Shown here piece by piece: positions 33,048 to 45,088 of a stretch of DNA of 64,000 nucleotides. The stretch covers positions 1,302,001-1,366,000 of the forward strand of contig OZ251234.1 of assembly GCA_965240325.2 (NCBI GenBank). Direction: 5' to 3'. Below the pieces are notes generated by a model that did not search any database, had not been told where the DNA came from, and saw only the letters and a list, made by a program, of their open reading frames with translations. This DNA is from Rebecca billardiae RCC1528. Lineage: Eukaryota; Protista; Haptophyta. Position 1 is the first letter of the stretch, and every line of letters begins with the position of its first letter. The position numbers were made by a program, and so were the translations under genes.

Positions 33048-33922
33048 GGCCCGTCGCGCTGCATGCTACGGTCGCGCTGCACTACGGTACGGCCGCATGC
33101 TGTTCGTGCTGCTGCCGGACTTGCAACGAGCCTGCGAGCACGGTGCCTGTCTAGCTGACGAGTCTGCTAGCTGACAGTCGTCTAGCTCGGACTCGTAACT
33201 GAATCTAGCTGAGCTCGGACTCAGTCGTAATACTACTCTGAGTACTGTCCGGGTACTTAATGCTGACTGACACTACGTTGTCGTTGGCTCGGTCACTGGC
33301 TCCGAAGTCCGAGTGGCGAGTGCGGTCAGTGCCACTGAGCCTGCCAGTCATTCAGTCGTCCGAGCGTTGTTGTGATTTAGTGACGAAATAATAAATCAGT
33401 GACAGTGTGCGGCCAGCAGCGCCAGTTTGGCAGTTTGCTGTTTAGTTAGTGTATCTGTGTTTGGGAGTTTGGGACGATCGCGACACTATGTACAGATGAG
33501 TCAGACGTCACTCCGTCTCGGCGGCCATCGTCCCCGGGGGCGGCCCGGCTCCGACCGTAGTCCGAGCCGCTCCGCCCGACAGTCGCATATGTATTATGTT
33601 TGCTTGAAGCGGGCTGCGGTGCCCAGGGATGGGGCCCAAGATGTCTGATGGGCCCGGTGTCAGCGGGCCTGCCCCGCTCGGGCCAGAGCCAACGGTAGCT
33701 AGCGCAACAAGCGCCACAGCCCGTCCGCGCCGCGGCCACGTGGGCGACGCCGGTGGGCTAAGCCGGGGGCACTGTGGGGCTGGCAGTCGCAGTGGGCGCG
33801 CCTGAGTGCCCACCGGCCATGCAGCGCCAGTACCGGAGGTTGTCGTCACGGACGACGAATCATCCATCTCTCGCAGTGTGTGGCCGTGTGCCATGTCCAC
33901 GCAGCGTGTTGCCATGCCACGA

Positions 33923-34876
33923 TCACGGTTCGCCCGGGACGCGCGCGCTGATCTGCAGCGCGTGCACGCTCGCGTCGAGCTCTTCCCTCAGCAGCGCGTA
34001 CACCAGCTGGTGCCGCTGCACCTTGCTCAGCCCAGCGAACACCGGCGATTCGACCTCGAGCGCAAAGTGCGTCTCGCCGTCGGCGGACAGCCCCTCGCGC
34101 TCCTTGTGCCCAGCGTGCTGCGCGGAGTTGTCCACCAGGCTGACGCGCGTCGGCTTGAGCTTCGCCGTGATCTTGCCGATGATGCTGTCGGCGACCGGTC
34201 CGCCGCCCTGCACGATCACCTCGGGCGCGCTCTCTGTGGGCGCTGCCGCGTCCGCACCGCCCGCGCCGGCAGCCTCGGCATCGCTCGCGCCGCTCGCGCC
34301 GCCCGCGCCACTCCCGCCGTCGGCCGCGAGCTCCTGAGCCTTCTGCTTCATCAGCTGCAGCATGTTGAGCAGGCCGTTGTTGCGGCCGGGCGTGAGCGAC
34401 TGCGCAATGCCAGCCTCCGCGATGAAGCGCGGGTCGACCGCGCAGATCTCCTCCGCCGTGTGCCCCGAGAGGCCGTTGGTCAGCAGGACGACCAGACCCT
34501 TGGTGAGCATCGCGTCCGAGTCGCCGTCAAACGCAATCTTGCCCTCGCCCACGTCGCGTGCGTGGACGAAGACGGTGGAGAGGCAGCCGGGCACCTTGTT
34601 CTCCGGCACCTTGAGCGAGTCGGCCATCGGCTTCGCCTGCTGCGCCAGGAAGAGAAGCTGCTGGTACCGCAGCTTCTGGTCGGGCACCATCTTGAACGTG
34701 GCGACAGTCTTCTCGAGCTCAGGGGTGAGCCCGAGGCCGGTGGCAGCATCAGCGCGCACGCCCGCGGCGCGGGGTGCAAAGGCCGTGGCGCCTCGCGCAC
34801 CGAGCGGCACGCCGCTCGGCGGCGGCGAGCCTGCCCACTGCAGGGCGAGGAGCGCCGTCAGCGCGGCCGTGTGCAT
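33923..34876 (-). CDS. SUFE1: Plastid SufE-BolA fusion (SUFE1-like cysteine desulfurase activator)
   Basis: LRYQQLLFLA, ENKVPGCLSTV, GDSDAMLTKGL, LTPGRNNG; BolA part SAQHAGH, ETHF, F.GLSKVQRHQLVY.LL..EL...VHALQI. Confidence 0.93.
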   Translation of the reverse strand: MHTAALTALLALQWAGSPPPSGVPLGARGATAFAPRAAGVRADAATGLGLTPELEKTVATFKMVPDQKLRYQQLLFLAQQAKPMADSLKVPENKVPGCLSTVFVHARDVGEGKIAFDGDSDAMLTKGLVVLLTNGLSGHTAEEICAVDPRFIAEAGIAQSLTPGRNNGLLNMLQLMKQKAQELAADGGSGAGGASGASDAEAAGAGGADAAAPTESAPEVIVQGGGPVADSIIGKITAKLKPTRVSLVDNSAQHAGHKEREGLSADGETHFALEVESPVFAGLSKVQRHQLVYALLREELDASVHALQISARVPGEP

Positions 34877-34963
34877 GGCCGATGACACACGTCGACTTCG
34901 CGGGAGCGCTCCAGACGGGATGCTTACGGCCGAGGTCAGTCCAGTCCGGGCGCTGCCACTGTG

Positions 34964-35965
34964 CAGTTTACTAAGAATAAGAGACGCACACAGCTCAGGC
35001 AGGCGAGATTGCAGTACTTGTGCAACTTACTTACTGCAAGGGTGGTCCTTACTGTGCATTATGGATTCAATCTTTCATGAAAGATTGAAATGGCCATTGA
35101 AAGTTTCAGTATTTTTCATGAAAATTTCATGAAAAGTGAAAGATTGTGAAGTTTTCACGTCCTGCGCTGCGGGAATTAATTTATTCCCGCAGCAGCAGTG
35201 ACTAAAATGATTTTCCGCCCACCATGTCGGCGGCATCGAGCCGCCTGGGCGGAGCAAGGCCGGGCGCTACGGCGCGTGCGGCGCGTGAGGCGCGCGCACG
35301 CACGCGCGTGGCGCGCTCCACCTTGCTTAGCCCCGGCTTTTGTCCTGCTCCCTGGCTCCCTGCTGCGCGTCTCCGCGCCGCAGACTGACGGCGCCGACTA
35401 CGACGAGCCGTGATCACACGGCGGCTCGGCGCGTGTGAGCCTGCTGTATGAGCGAGCTCAGACGACCGAGGTCGAGGCTGACTTCGACCGGCTGCTGCAG
35501 GAGAAGCCTCAGCAGGAGCTCGAGGCTGAGAAGGCTGCTGAGCGCTTGCGGACGCTGACTCTGGACAACCGGGTGATGGATTCTACGGAGCCACTGTCGC
35601 TGTCAGGCCCGAGATGTTGTTGAATGTTTCGCTGCAGGGTGTATGAAGGGCTGACGGAAGGCATGCCGAGGATAGTAGCATGTTGCGCCAAGGCCGCATG
35701 CCGTGACAGTGACGATCCACGCGCTGTCGGCCAGCACCGCTGGCTTGCCGTGCGCAGCCGCGCCACGCGCGGCCATGCTGGCAAGGAATATATTTTCGGA
35801 GAAAATCACGTCATTTTTTATTCCCGCTGAGCAATGAAAGATTGGAACGGCCTTTGAAACTTTCAGTATTTTTCATGAAATTTTCATGAAATGAAAGATT
35901 GTGAAATATTTCATCCAGATCCATGCCTGCCTGAGCTGTGTGCGTCTCTTATTCTTAGTAAACTG
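34964..35965. mobile_element. Complete 1002 bp MITE-like element of the CAGTTTACTAAG family; 41 bp perfect TIRs; 2 bp TG duplication
   Basis: TG|cagtttactaagaataagagacgcacacagctcaggcaggc (34964-35004) and its reverse complement 35925-35965|TG; internal about 80 bp direct repeats at 35077-35157 and 35834-35913. Confidence 0.88.
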
Positions 35966-36162
35966 TGCATTCGTGCTCGGCCCGGACGCACCGGTCGGAG
36001 TTCGCACGCAAGAGGTGTGCAGCCTCGGACGCACGCCGCCATTTTTGCGCGTCATCTTTTTGAGCTCATCGGAAAACCTGGTCTCCACCAGGCACCAGCT
36101 GGCCCACCTGCTGGCGCAGTGGCATCGGGCCGCCAGGGAAGCAAGGGCCTCATTCGGCGACG

Positions 36163-38069
36163 ATGCCCAACAATAACTTCTCTCTGGATGACGTGGAGCA
36201 GCGCATCCGGATGGCGGCGCCCGCGAACGTGATGGTGGATCAGTACGGCGTGCCGCGGGCGGGTGGCCGCATGGCCCCGCCCACATACGCGCCCACAAAC
36301 GCGCCGCGCATTCCTGTGCCAGCGGCTGCCGACGAGCCCGAAGGGGACCCGTTCTATGCACCACCGCCGCCGACCGCAGGGATCCCGCGGCAGAGCTCGT
36401 CGATTGCGAGCACGCCAACGCAGGCGGCCGCGCGCGGGTACGGCCTGCCCCCCTCGGGCCGCTATCATCCCGTGCCGCGCGAGGGCTACGGCGAAATGCA
36501 GCAGTACCCACGCTCTCAGTACTCGCAGCCCTCCAGCCCGGGTGCTGGGCCTGGGCCGTACCAGCAGGTGCCGGCGCAGCTGGAGCTGCCGTCGCAGCAG
36601 GAGGTCGAGCCGCAGCCACGGCCGGCGCCGCAGGCGGCCTCAGCGACGTTCGATCCGACGGCGGTGGACTCGCGCGACGCGCCCAGCCTCGACACACGCG
36701 TAGCACCGCCGGGCTCGCCGCCGTCGCCACACCGCAAGGACGCGGCGGCGAAGGTGCGCTGCGCGCCCGCTCGCGGCGAGTAGGCTCGTCCACGGAGGCC
36801 ACGCCCGCCCCGCCCGACGCGCGCCGACGCCTTCGCCCGATTGCCCGACTCACGTGCGCCCGGCGCGCGCGCCGCGCGACCACCGGCCCCGACGATGCTG
36901 CGTGGTGTCACGCAGGGCGTGTCCGGCCGGCGGCAGACGGACGCTTCCGAGCGCTCCGTATCCGGCCGGCGTCACACGGACGAGCGTCGCTCGATGGGCC
37001 GGCGGCAGCAGACCGAGCAATCCATCGCGCCCTCGGTGCTCACCTCGGACACCGGCGGGGACGCGCGCGCCGGGCGCGGTGCCAACCGGTTCTGCTCGCC
37101 CGTGTTCTGCGGCGTGCTCATCGTCTGCTTCCTCTTCTTCGCGCCGCTCGTCGGCCTCTTCTTCATGCAGCACGGCGGGATGAGCGCGACCGAGCACGAG
37201 GCCACAACCGGGCCGTACTTTTGCCGCGACATGCCGCCGCTCGCCGTGCGCAACCGCTCGTCCGGCCTGCCGGTGCGCGCGTGCGCGCGTGCGTGCGTGC
37301 TGCGCGCGTGCGCGCCCTCACGCGCGCCCGGCGTGGCCGCGCTCGTGTGCGGGTTGGCTTGGCTGCCGACTGCATGGCGCCCGCCCGGGCGAGGCGCACG
37401 GCGGCCCGCGTGTACTCGGTGTGAGCCGCTTCCGCTCGCCGCGCGCGCGTGCGCGTGCGCCCACGCCCGCAGGTCGGCTTCTCCGATCTGGCCGCAGACC
37501 CGGCGAACGGGTGCGCGGACGGGTGCGCTGCGGCTGTCTGGCCGGATGGGCACTCGACGCCCTCCGTGATCTCGGCCGCCGCGGCGCTGGGCGCGCTCTC
37601 CGTCGAGCACCGGAAGCCGGCGCCCGGCGCGCCCATCCCGCTCTTCACGCTGCAGCAGCGGCTCGCGCCGCCCGGCGTGGACTTCAACCCGGCGTGCGAC
37701 GAGCACGACCGCTGCTACGCGACGTGGCGCCGATCCGCGTCGGCGCGTTCGCACCGAGCGGCGTGCGACGACGAGCTGATGGCGAACTTGCACTACGCGT
37801 GCTGGGCGGTGGCCGGACGGCCGGGCACGAAGTTTGAGGGGGAGGCGGGCAGCGGCCCGCCATCGGTTCGCGAGAAGTGCGAGCTGATCGTCCAGCTCAC
37901 GGCCATGGTGGCGCACCAGAGCAACTACACAAACTCGCAGGAGCTCGCGCGCCTCTCGGTCGAGTCCGGGGCGGACGCGGGCGCCGTGCACACGCAGGTG
38001 ATCGGCCCGACCATTGAGACGGCCCTCGGCGAGCCAATGGCGTGCACCGTCGAAGCGTACGGTTGCTAG
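36163..38069 (+). CDS. Type II membrane protein with C-terminal phospholipase A2-like (group XII/prokaryotic-type) domain; introns 36754-36915 and 37273-37472
   Basis: P/Q-rich N-terminus, one TM (VFCGVLIVCFLFFAPLVGLFFM), ANGC, DFNPACDEHDRCY, RAACDDEL; both introns restore frame. Confidence 0.75.
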
Positions 38070-38288
38070 CTCTGCGCGTGGCTGAGCGCAGTGCGCGCCA
38101 GCCGCTTGCGGCGTGACCGCACGGTTTGATTGAGTTTACCCGGCGGTTATCGTTCAACTTCAAAGGACGAGGCCGAGCGCACTGCTAGTCCCAGTGGTAA
38201 CTAACAGAGGCATGCACTCGTCAATAGACAGACTGACTGACAGTCGTCGTTGACAACCGCCCATTGTTTCGGCGTCTCGGGCTCTCGA

Positions 38289-39901
38289 CAGTCGGCAGCC
38301 AAGCCGTTACACGGCACCCTCCGCCTCCGGCGGAGGGTCCGGAGGCCGTGTAACCAAGCCCCAAGGGGCTTACAAAGGTATGGCGGGCCGTAGGTCCGCC
38401 CCTTGTAGTGCCCGGGAAAAAGATAAGAAAAAGAAAAGGAAAAAAGAAAATCGCCTCGCAAAGAAAAGAAAATCGCCTCGCTCACTGCCGGGTCGCTTCG
38501 CTCACTACCGGGCGCCCTCGCAGCTCCCACTGGGGACGCTCGGCCGAAAACCATATGGCGCCTGGCGCGGAGCGCGTGGGCCGCGCGCGCCGAATCCAAC
38601 GCCGGCGCGAACATCGCGCGGGGATTCCCGAACGGTGTTTTCGCCCGATTCGCGATTGCTGCCCTCGTCGTCTCGCGTGCAGGTCGAACGGGCGCTAAAT
38701 CGACGCGTTTGGAGCGGTACGCTCGGCGCGTCGACACGATCGTGCGACCTGGGGCGATCCTCGCCCGACGTGCACGTCGAACGCTCGCACCGGCCATAGC
38801 ATCAAGCGCTGCGCACGATGGCCGCCTCGCTCGATTCACCGTCGCGCGTCGGGCTCGGTGCGGAACGGCCCTCATCACGAGGCGTCTCGCGGGCGGGAAG
38901 CGCCATCGCACGCGACGCAAGATTTGGCGCGGCCTTCTGAACACCATAACCGGAATCCACACACCGGACTGTCGCGTGCCCCGGTCCTTGGCAAGGTCGG
39001 GCGCATGCAAATCCGTTTGCTACGATCGGTGGTGTTCCTCGCGAGCTCGCGGGCAAAGATCGCTCGGCGCTCGAGGGCCCACGTCCGGCCTGCATGGCGC
39101 CGACGGTGACCAATGCGACGGAGGGGCAGCGCAAAGCGGCGTACGACGCGCACCGCACGCACCTCCCGGGTTTGCAGCCGTGGAAGGAACCGCGTCTTGG
39201 CGAGTCGGCGGCCCTCGTCGCACTGAGCGCTATGACCGATCCCAGAGGCGCATCCGCGACGAGCTGAAACGCCGAGCGTGCAACATTGTCGCCCCATCCT
39301 CCACCATGTCACGAGCGCTGCGGGACGAGGCCGACGTCGTGAAGCCAGTGGCACGTGCGCTGCGCTTCCTGTGCCTGCTCGAGCAGCGCGTGCCCACCCT
39401 CGATCGCGAGTGGCACACGCTCTCGCACTGCGCGCGCGCGCACCGCACTTCCAGACGACCTAAACAAATGAAACATGACATCACACTCCGCCACCACTGT
39501 TTAGCTCCGAGGACATTGAACCGTCACCGTCAGGCGTCACAAGCAAGCCGCCGTCGCACGCCAATCAGTTGGCAGTGCGTGCGCGCAGTCGACGCGGCTC
39601 GGCACCCGGGACTTGACGAGTAGCGCCGAGTGGGTGCACGAATAAATAACACGCGCAATCACACTGTCGGTGAGATCACCAGAGTCATCTGTCGCGTTAT
39701 TATTCGTCAGTGAGTCAGGTAGCTCACCATCATCTGTGTGTCGCATTGTTATTCGTCATCCTGCCCGTCAAACCGCTAAATAAAAGGCGCGAACCCGCTG
39801 GGGAAATATTGCGACAGCACTGGCACGGCCCGCCGACCCCCCCGCCCGCCAGGGCAGGGTTTTTTGTAAGCCCCTTGGTGTAACGGCTTGGCTGCAGACT
39901 G
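38289..39901. mobile_element. Non-autonomous TIR element, 1.6 kb, 10 bp TSD (Mutator-like length)
   Basis: gggctctcga at 38279-88 and 39902-11; ends cagtcggcagccaagccgttacac / gtgtaacggcttggctgcagactg. Confidence 0.85.
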
Positions 39902-39969
39902 GGGCTCTCGATGGGCGACGGCTCGGCGCGGGAAAAGGCGCCGTGCGAGTTGCAAGTAACTACACGCGC

Positions 39970-41809
39970 ATGCGCGTCGCTGGCGTCGCGCTTGTGCTTG
40001 CTGTCGCCGCCGGCGCACAGGGTTTGCACGGGCGAGCACTTAGGCGTGCGGCACATCGCCGCACCGACCGCCAGCCCCCTCCTTTGCACGCCGTCGCGCC
40101 CCGGGCAAGCTCATGCCCGAGGCCGACGCTCCGCCCTGGACTGTGGGAGTGCCATGGCTTTGTGCACGACGAGCAGCGCACATGGTCGCCCAAGCCGGTG
40201 GGGAAGCAAGGCAACATGTGTAAGGAGATCAGCAAATTCTCTCAGCTCTTCAACTCGACCCCGAGCGCACTCGTCGCCGCCACGCGCCCGCCGCTTGAGA
40301 GGCGCTTCATCGTGCTGGTGCCAAACAGGTACATGGCCGACAGGGGCGCTCAGCCGCTGCCGGTGCTCGTCATCAACCCGGACACCGGACGCGCGCCGAT
40401 GGGCATGGTGGTCGACACGGCTATCAACAGAGCCAACGATGCCGGAGTCATCGTTACGGTCCTCGGCGGCATCGACAACGCGTTCAACGTCATCCGCGAC
40501 GCGCGCTCTGACCCCTCAGGCGCGGACGACGTCGCGTACACCATCGCAGCGCTGCGCTACGTCTCGTCGCGGCTGTGCGTGGACCCGGCGATGGTATACT
40601 GCGCCGGGTACTCGCGCGGGGGCCGCTTCTGCGCGCACCTCGCCTCCGAGGTGCCAGACCTCTTCGCCGCCATCTCGCCGGTCGCGTCGCTGCGCTTTCC
40701 CCGGCCCAACAACGCGACCAGGCCGGTGCCAGTCATCGCCTTCCACGGCACAGGTGCGCGGCGGGGCGGCGCTCCCGGTGGGTGTGCCGTGCAGGGTGCG
40801 AGCTCATGTCCCCGTGCCGCGTGGGCGTGCAGCCAGGAGCGGCGGCCTCCCGGCTGTCACGCTCGCGGACACGCGCGCCCTGAGCCACTGCCCTTCCCGC
40901 CGCCGCGCCCATTTTTTCTGATGTCAATCTGTCCTTCTGCCTCTGTGCCATCCCGCTGATTAGCGCGCGCCCGTCCGACCGCGCCGTACGCGTCGCTCGG
41001 CGGCCGCAGCTGACCCGATCAACCCGTACAGTGGCGGCGGCGCGTCGTACTGGCAGACGAGCGTGCTGGACGCGTTTGGCGGCTGGGCGGGCTTCAATCG
41101 GTGCCGGGGCAACGAGAGCGCGCGCGTGGACAACCGCACGACCGAGCTGCGCGCCGGCAGGTGCGCGGAGCACGCCGAGGTGCGGCTGTACACGGTGACG
41201 GGCATGGGCCACGTGTGGCCCGGGTACGACATGGGCTTCTCGAAGAGTGTCGGCCCAACCTACAAGGCGCTGCCTGCCGACGAGATCATGCTCGACTTCT
41301 TCCATCAGCACCCGATGCCTCGGCGGTACGTGCAGCGGGCGGAGGCGCTGCTGGCAGGCGGGGGCGCGCCGTTGCGCATCGCGGCCGACGGGCCGCCACT
41401 GCCGCCGCCCCCGCTCTCGCCGCCCGCGGCGTCACGCGCGGGCGGAGTCCCCGCGGGTGCGCACGCGGACGGAGTGCGCGAGGGCGTGCGCTGGGTGGGT
41501 TGGAGCTGGACTGCCGAATCTACGCGCCGGGCAGCCGAGTCGCATCTGCTCGATTCGCAGGCTGCGGGTGCGATCGCGCTGGTGGACCCAACGGGGGCCG
41601 GCGGGAGCAGCAGGACTGCTGTGCTGTTGGCGGCTCTCGGTGGGGGCGGTGTGACGCTCTGGGCGCTCGCTCTTGGAGCGATGGCCGCGGTGTGCGTGCG
41701 CTGCTGTCGAGCCGCTCCGACCACACAGCTGGAGCGCCAGGATCGCCACTGGCAGAGCAGCCCTGCTGCGAAGCGTGTTGTGCCCGCAGTGATTAGTGAA
41801 ACGGACTGA
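39970..41809 (+). CDS. Secreted or membrane-anchored LpqC / PHB-depolymerase-family (CE1-like) esterase; intron 40754-41009
   Basis: Signal peptide, DDVAY, GYSRGG nucleophile elbow, PDLFAAI, spliced FHGTADPINPY, GMGHVWPG, C-terminal TM. Confidence 0.88.
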
Positions 41810-42441
41810 TGCTGCGCGACCGTCGGGGACCTCACCGTCGTCGCCGTCGGGGACCATTCGTTGGCTGCTTTGACCCGGCCGGGCCTGGGGCCTCAGGCCT
41901 GCGCCGCCTAGCTTACGCCGACTCATCAGGCTTAGCAGCGTTAGTGCAGCAGCGTACTGCGACTGTCTGCGTAGCTAGCATTATTAATATTAATTAAATA
42001 ATTCAATTATAAGGTAGCAGTGCTGCCAAGCAGTCGGCCCGCGCAGGTGGCCGTGATGCACGTGCTGAGCCGGCGCTACGCTTAACAGGAAGGCTTTGAG
42101 CAGTCACGGATGTCGACAATCACAGAACGACTGACAGTAACGCCTGTCACGTGGTACTAGTGTCACGATGCCAGTACACGCGAATGCCGCGTGCGCTACT
42201 CGCTAGCTACTGCTAGTAGCTGGTGACCATCCGCGCCACCGCCGCTGCTCATTTCTGCGCACCCACGGATATCATCATCGCGCCAGCAGCAAAAGAATTC
42301 AAGGCGGCGTCGTCGCCGGTCGCCATCGTGTCATATCGGATCTCGCGTCATTGCGCGCCCCCCTCACACCGCTCGCCGGCGGGGACTTCGGCGGCAGAGC
42401 GCACGTGGACACTGCTGGAGAGCGCGCTCTGCAGCCACGCC

Positions 42442-43386
42442 ATGTCGTCTGCGGGCTCGCCCGGACGCGCCGCCGCGACGGGGCTCGACTACGTGCACGC
42501 CGGCACCGTACCGCGCCAGCGCGTGCGTCCGGAGGCCATGTTCGATCCGAGCGATCCTCGCATCAAGCAGGACCTCGTGCGCATGATCCTGCAGTGGTGC
42601 GAGGATGAGGGGTACTACGCGTCGATGCTGACGATCCAGGATGAGGCGAACGTCAAGCTCGCGGAGCAGGAGCACCGCGAGGCACTGATCCACCGCATGC
42701 GGCACTCCATCATGGAGGGTGACTGGGCAGAGGTCGAGCGGCTGTGCACGCGGCACGCGTTCAAGAACTACAAGGCGCTGCTCTTCGCCGTGTACCGCCA
42801 GCAGTACCTCGAGCTGATCGCCGGGCAGGAGTACCAGAAGGCCTTCTCGCTGCTCAACAAGCGGCTGAAGCCGCTCGAGGCGCACGCGCGCTCGGGCCAG
42901 GAGTTCAAGGAGCTGTGCTACCTGCTCACGTGCAAGTCTGTCGCAGACGGCCTGCCGGCGTGGGAGGGCACGGTGCGCGCACGCGAGCAGCTGGTGGAGC
43001 ACTTCCAGACGGTGATCGTGTTCGACGAGCGCGGCGGCGAGGGCGCGGCCGCGACGAGCGGCGGCGGCGGCGCTGCCGGCGGTAGCAGTGGCGGCGGTGG
43101 GCCGGCGGGCGCAGGCGGCGGCGGCAGCACGCATGAGCGCGGCGCCAACGGCGGCGGCGGCAGCAGCGGCGGTGGGAGCGACGGCGGGATCGCGGGCGGC
43201 ATCAGCTCGAACCGCGCGCGGCAGCCGCAGAAGAAGGTGCCCGAGCGTCGCCTCATCGAGCTGCTCCGGCAGGCCTACGCGTACCAGGTCGAATTCTCGC
43301 ATTTCCACCCGAGGGTCCTCGCGTCGGCGATGGCGCTCGAAGGAGGGCGCGGCGCGGGCGGCGCGGCGGGCGGCGCGGCGAGCACG

Positions 43387-43418
<32 letters not shown>

Positions 43419-44724
43419 GGCGGCGTTCGGCGCGCGCGGCTCCGCGCCCATCGTGCGCTCCCTCCTCGTCGACTACAGCTGCCCGATGCTCCCCAACTCG
43501 CTCACTGCGACCCTGAGCGGACACTCGGCGGATGTGAAGAGCGTCGCCTTCCTCGGCCGCGCGGGCGCGCACGTGATCTCGGGAGGGTCGGACAACACGG
43601 TGTGCGTGTGGTCGCCGGGCGTGGACGGGGGCAAGCCGAGCCTGCGGCTGACGGGGCACACCGCGCGGGTGTGGTCGGTGATGGCCCCGCTCAGTGGCCG
43701 CTTCTTCGTCAGCGCCGGCGCCGAGGGCGCGGTGCGCGTGTGGCGCGTGGGCGAGGCCGCGGAGGCTGCGGCGCAGGCGGGCGATGGCGGCGGCGGCGGC
43801 GGCGGCGGCGTAGGCAACGCGCCGCTGACGCCGCCTGCGCAGAACAGGCTGCATCGCGCGCAGCTGGGCTCGCGCCGCGGGACCGAGGCCAACGTGGACA
43901 CGGGCGGCTCGCGCACGCCGCACATCGAGTGTGCGCACGTCCTCTCGGACGGGCAGGCGGGCGCCGTGTACGTCGCGGCCATGTCGGAGACTGAGCGCGT
44001 CGTCGTGAGCGGCGGGTACGACCGCAAGATCCGGATGTACGAGCTGGGCGCGGGCGGCAAGCTGACGAGCGTGCTCAGTGGGCACGAGTCGGCGGTCACC
44101 TCCGCCGCGTTCAATCCGGCCGCGAACCTCATCGTCAGCGGTGCGCGCGAGGCCGCGGCGCGCGCGCCCTTGCCGAGCCGCGGCGCGCGCGGCCACCGAC
44201 CAGCTGCCACGCTCATCCCCGCGCGTGAGGACGCCGCGCCCCCGCCTGCTCTCCGGCGCCGTCGCGCTGCAGGTTCGAAGGACTGCCGGGTCAAGTTCTG
44301 GGACGTGCGTAGCGGGCTGTGCATCAAGTCGCTCTCGTCGCCGCTCATCGGCGAGGTCTCATCCGTCGCCCTCTCGGCGGGCGGGCAGTCGTTCGTCGTG
44401 TGCTCGCGCGACAACGCGAACCGGCTGTGGGACCTGCGCTCCGCCAAGTCAGTCGTGACGTACAAGGGGCACACGAACACGTCGGCGAACTTTGTGCGCG
44501 CTCGCTTCGGCCCGAATGACGAGAGCGTGATCGGCGGCTCAGAGGACGGGTACGTCCACCTCTGGGACCGGCACACGGGCGCGCTGCTGCACCGGCTCGG
44601 CGGGCACGCATCGATCGTGTACGATGTCGACTGGAGCGAGCGCGCCTCGCAGCTGGCGAGCTGCTCGCACGATGGCACGGTGCGCCTTTGGATGTGGGAC
44701 GCTGCAGTCGGCTACGATTGTTAA
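42442..44724 (+). CDS. LisH-CTLH-WD40 repeat protein; in-frame intron 44141-44272
   Basis: DLVRMILQWCEDEGY (LisH), IMEGDW...QQYLELI (CTLH), WD repeats GHSADV...SGGSDNTVCVW, GH...SCSHDGTVRLW; splicing gives IVSGSKDCRVKFWD. Confidence 0.9.
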
Positions 44725-44966
44725 GTGTTAGCAGTGATGCCGTGCGTCATGGCTGATGGAGCGAGTGGTCGTCGCCGAGGCCGACGACCGACAGTTTAGA
44801 GTTAGTAGACTATTCGAGCGTTACTTTGCCATGTGGTGCCATGTGAAGCCTGAGGGCACTCCGCACTGAGGCGGTCTGAGGCCCGTGATTCGTGAAGCCT
44901 GAAGGGCCCGGCCGCGCGCGGACCGGGACATGCGTCGTATAACTTGACACTCGCGACGTCCCGCCG

Positions 44967-45082
44967 CGCTCACCAAGTGCTCGCAGCTCGGACTGCTGCC
45001 TGCTCCCGCTGTTGGCCTCCACCACGAGGCCTCCGCTCACCAAGTGCTCGCAGCTCGGGCTGCTGCCTGCTCCCGCTGTTGG
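44967..45082. repeat. 49 bp direct duplication just past the stop of the lumenal-protein gene
   Basis: 44967-45015 and 45034-45082 differ by one base. Confidence 0.9.
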
Positions 45083-45088
45083 ACTCAG

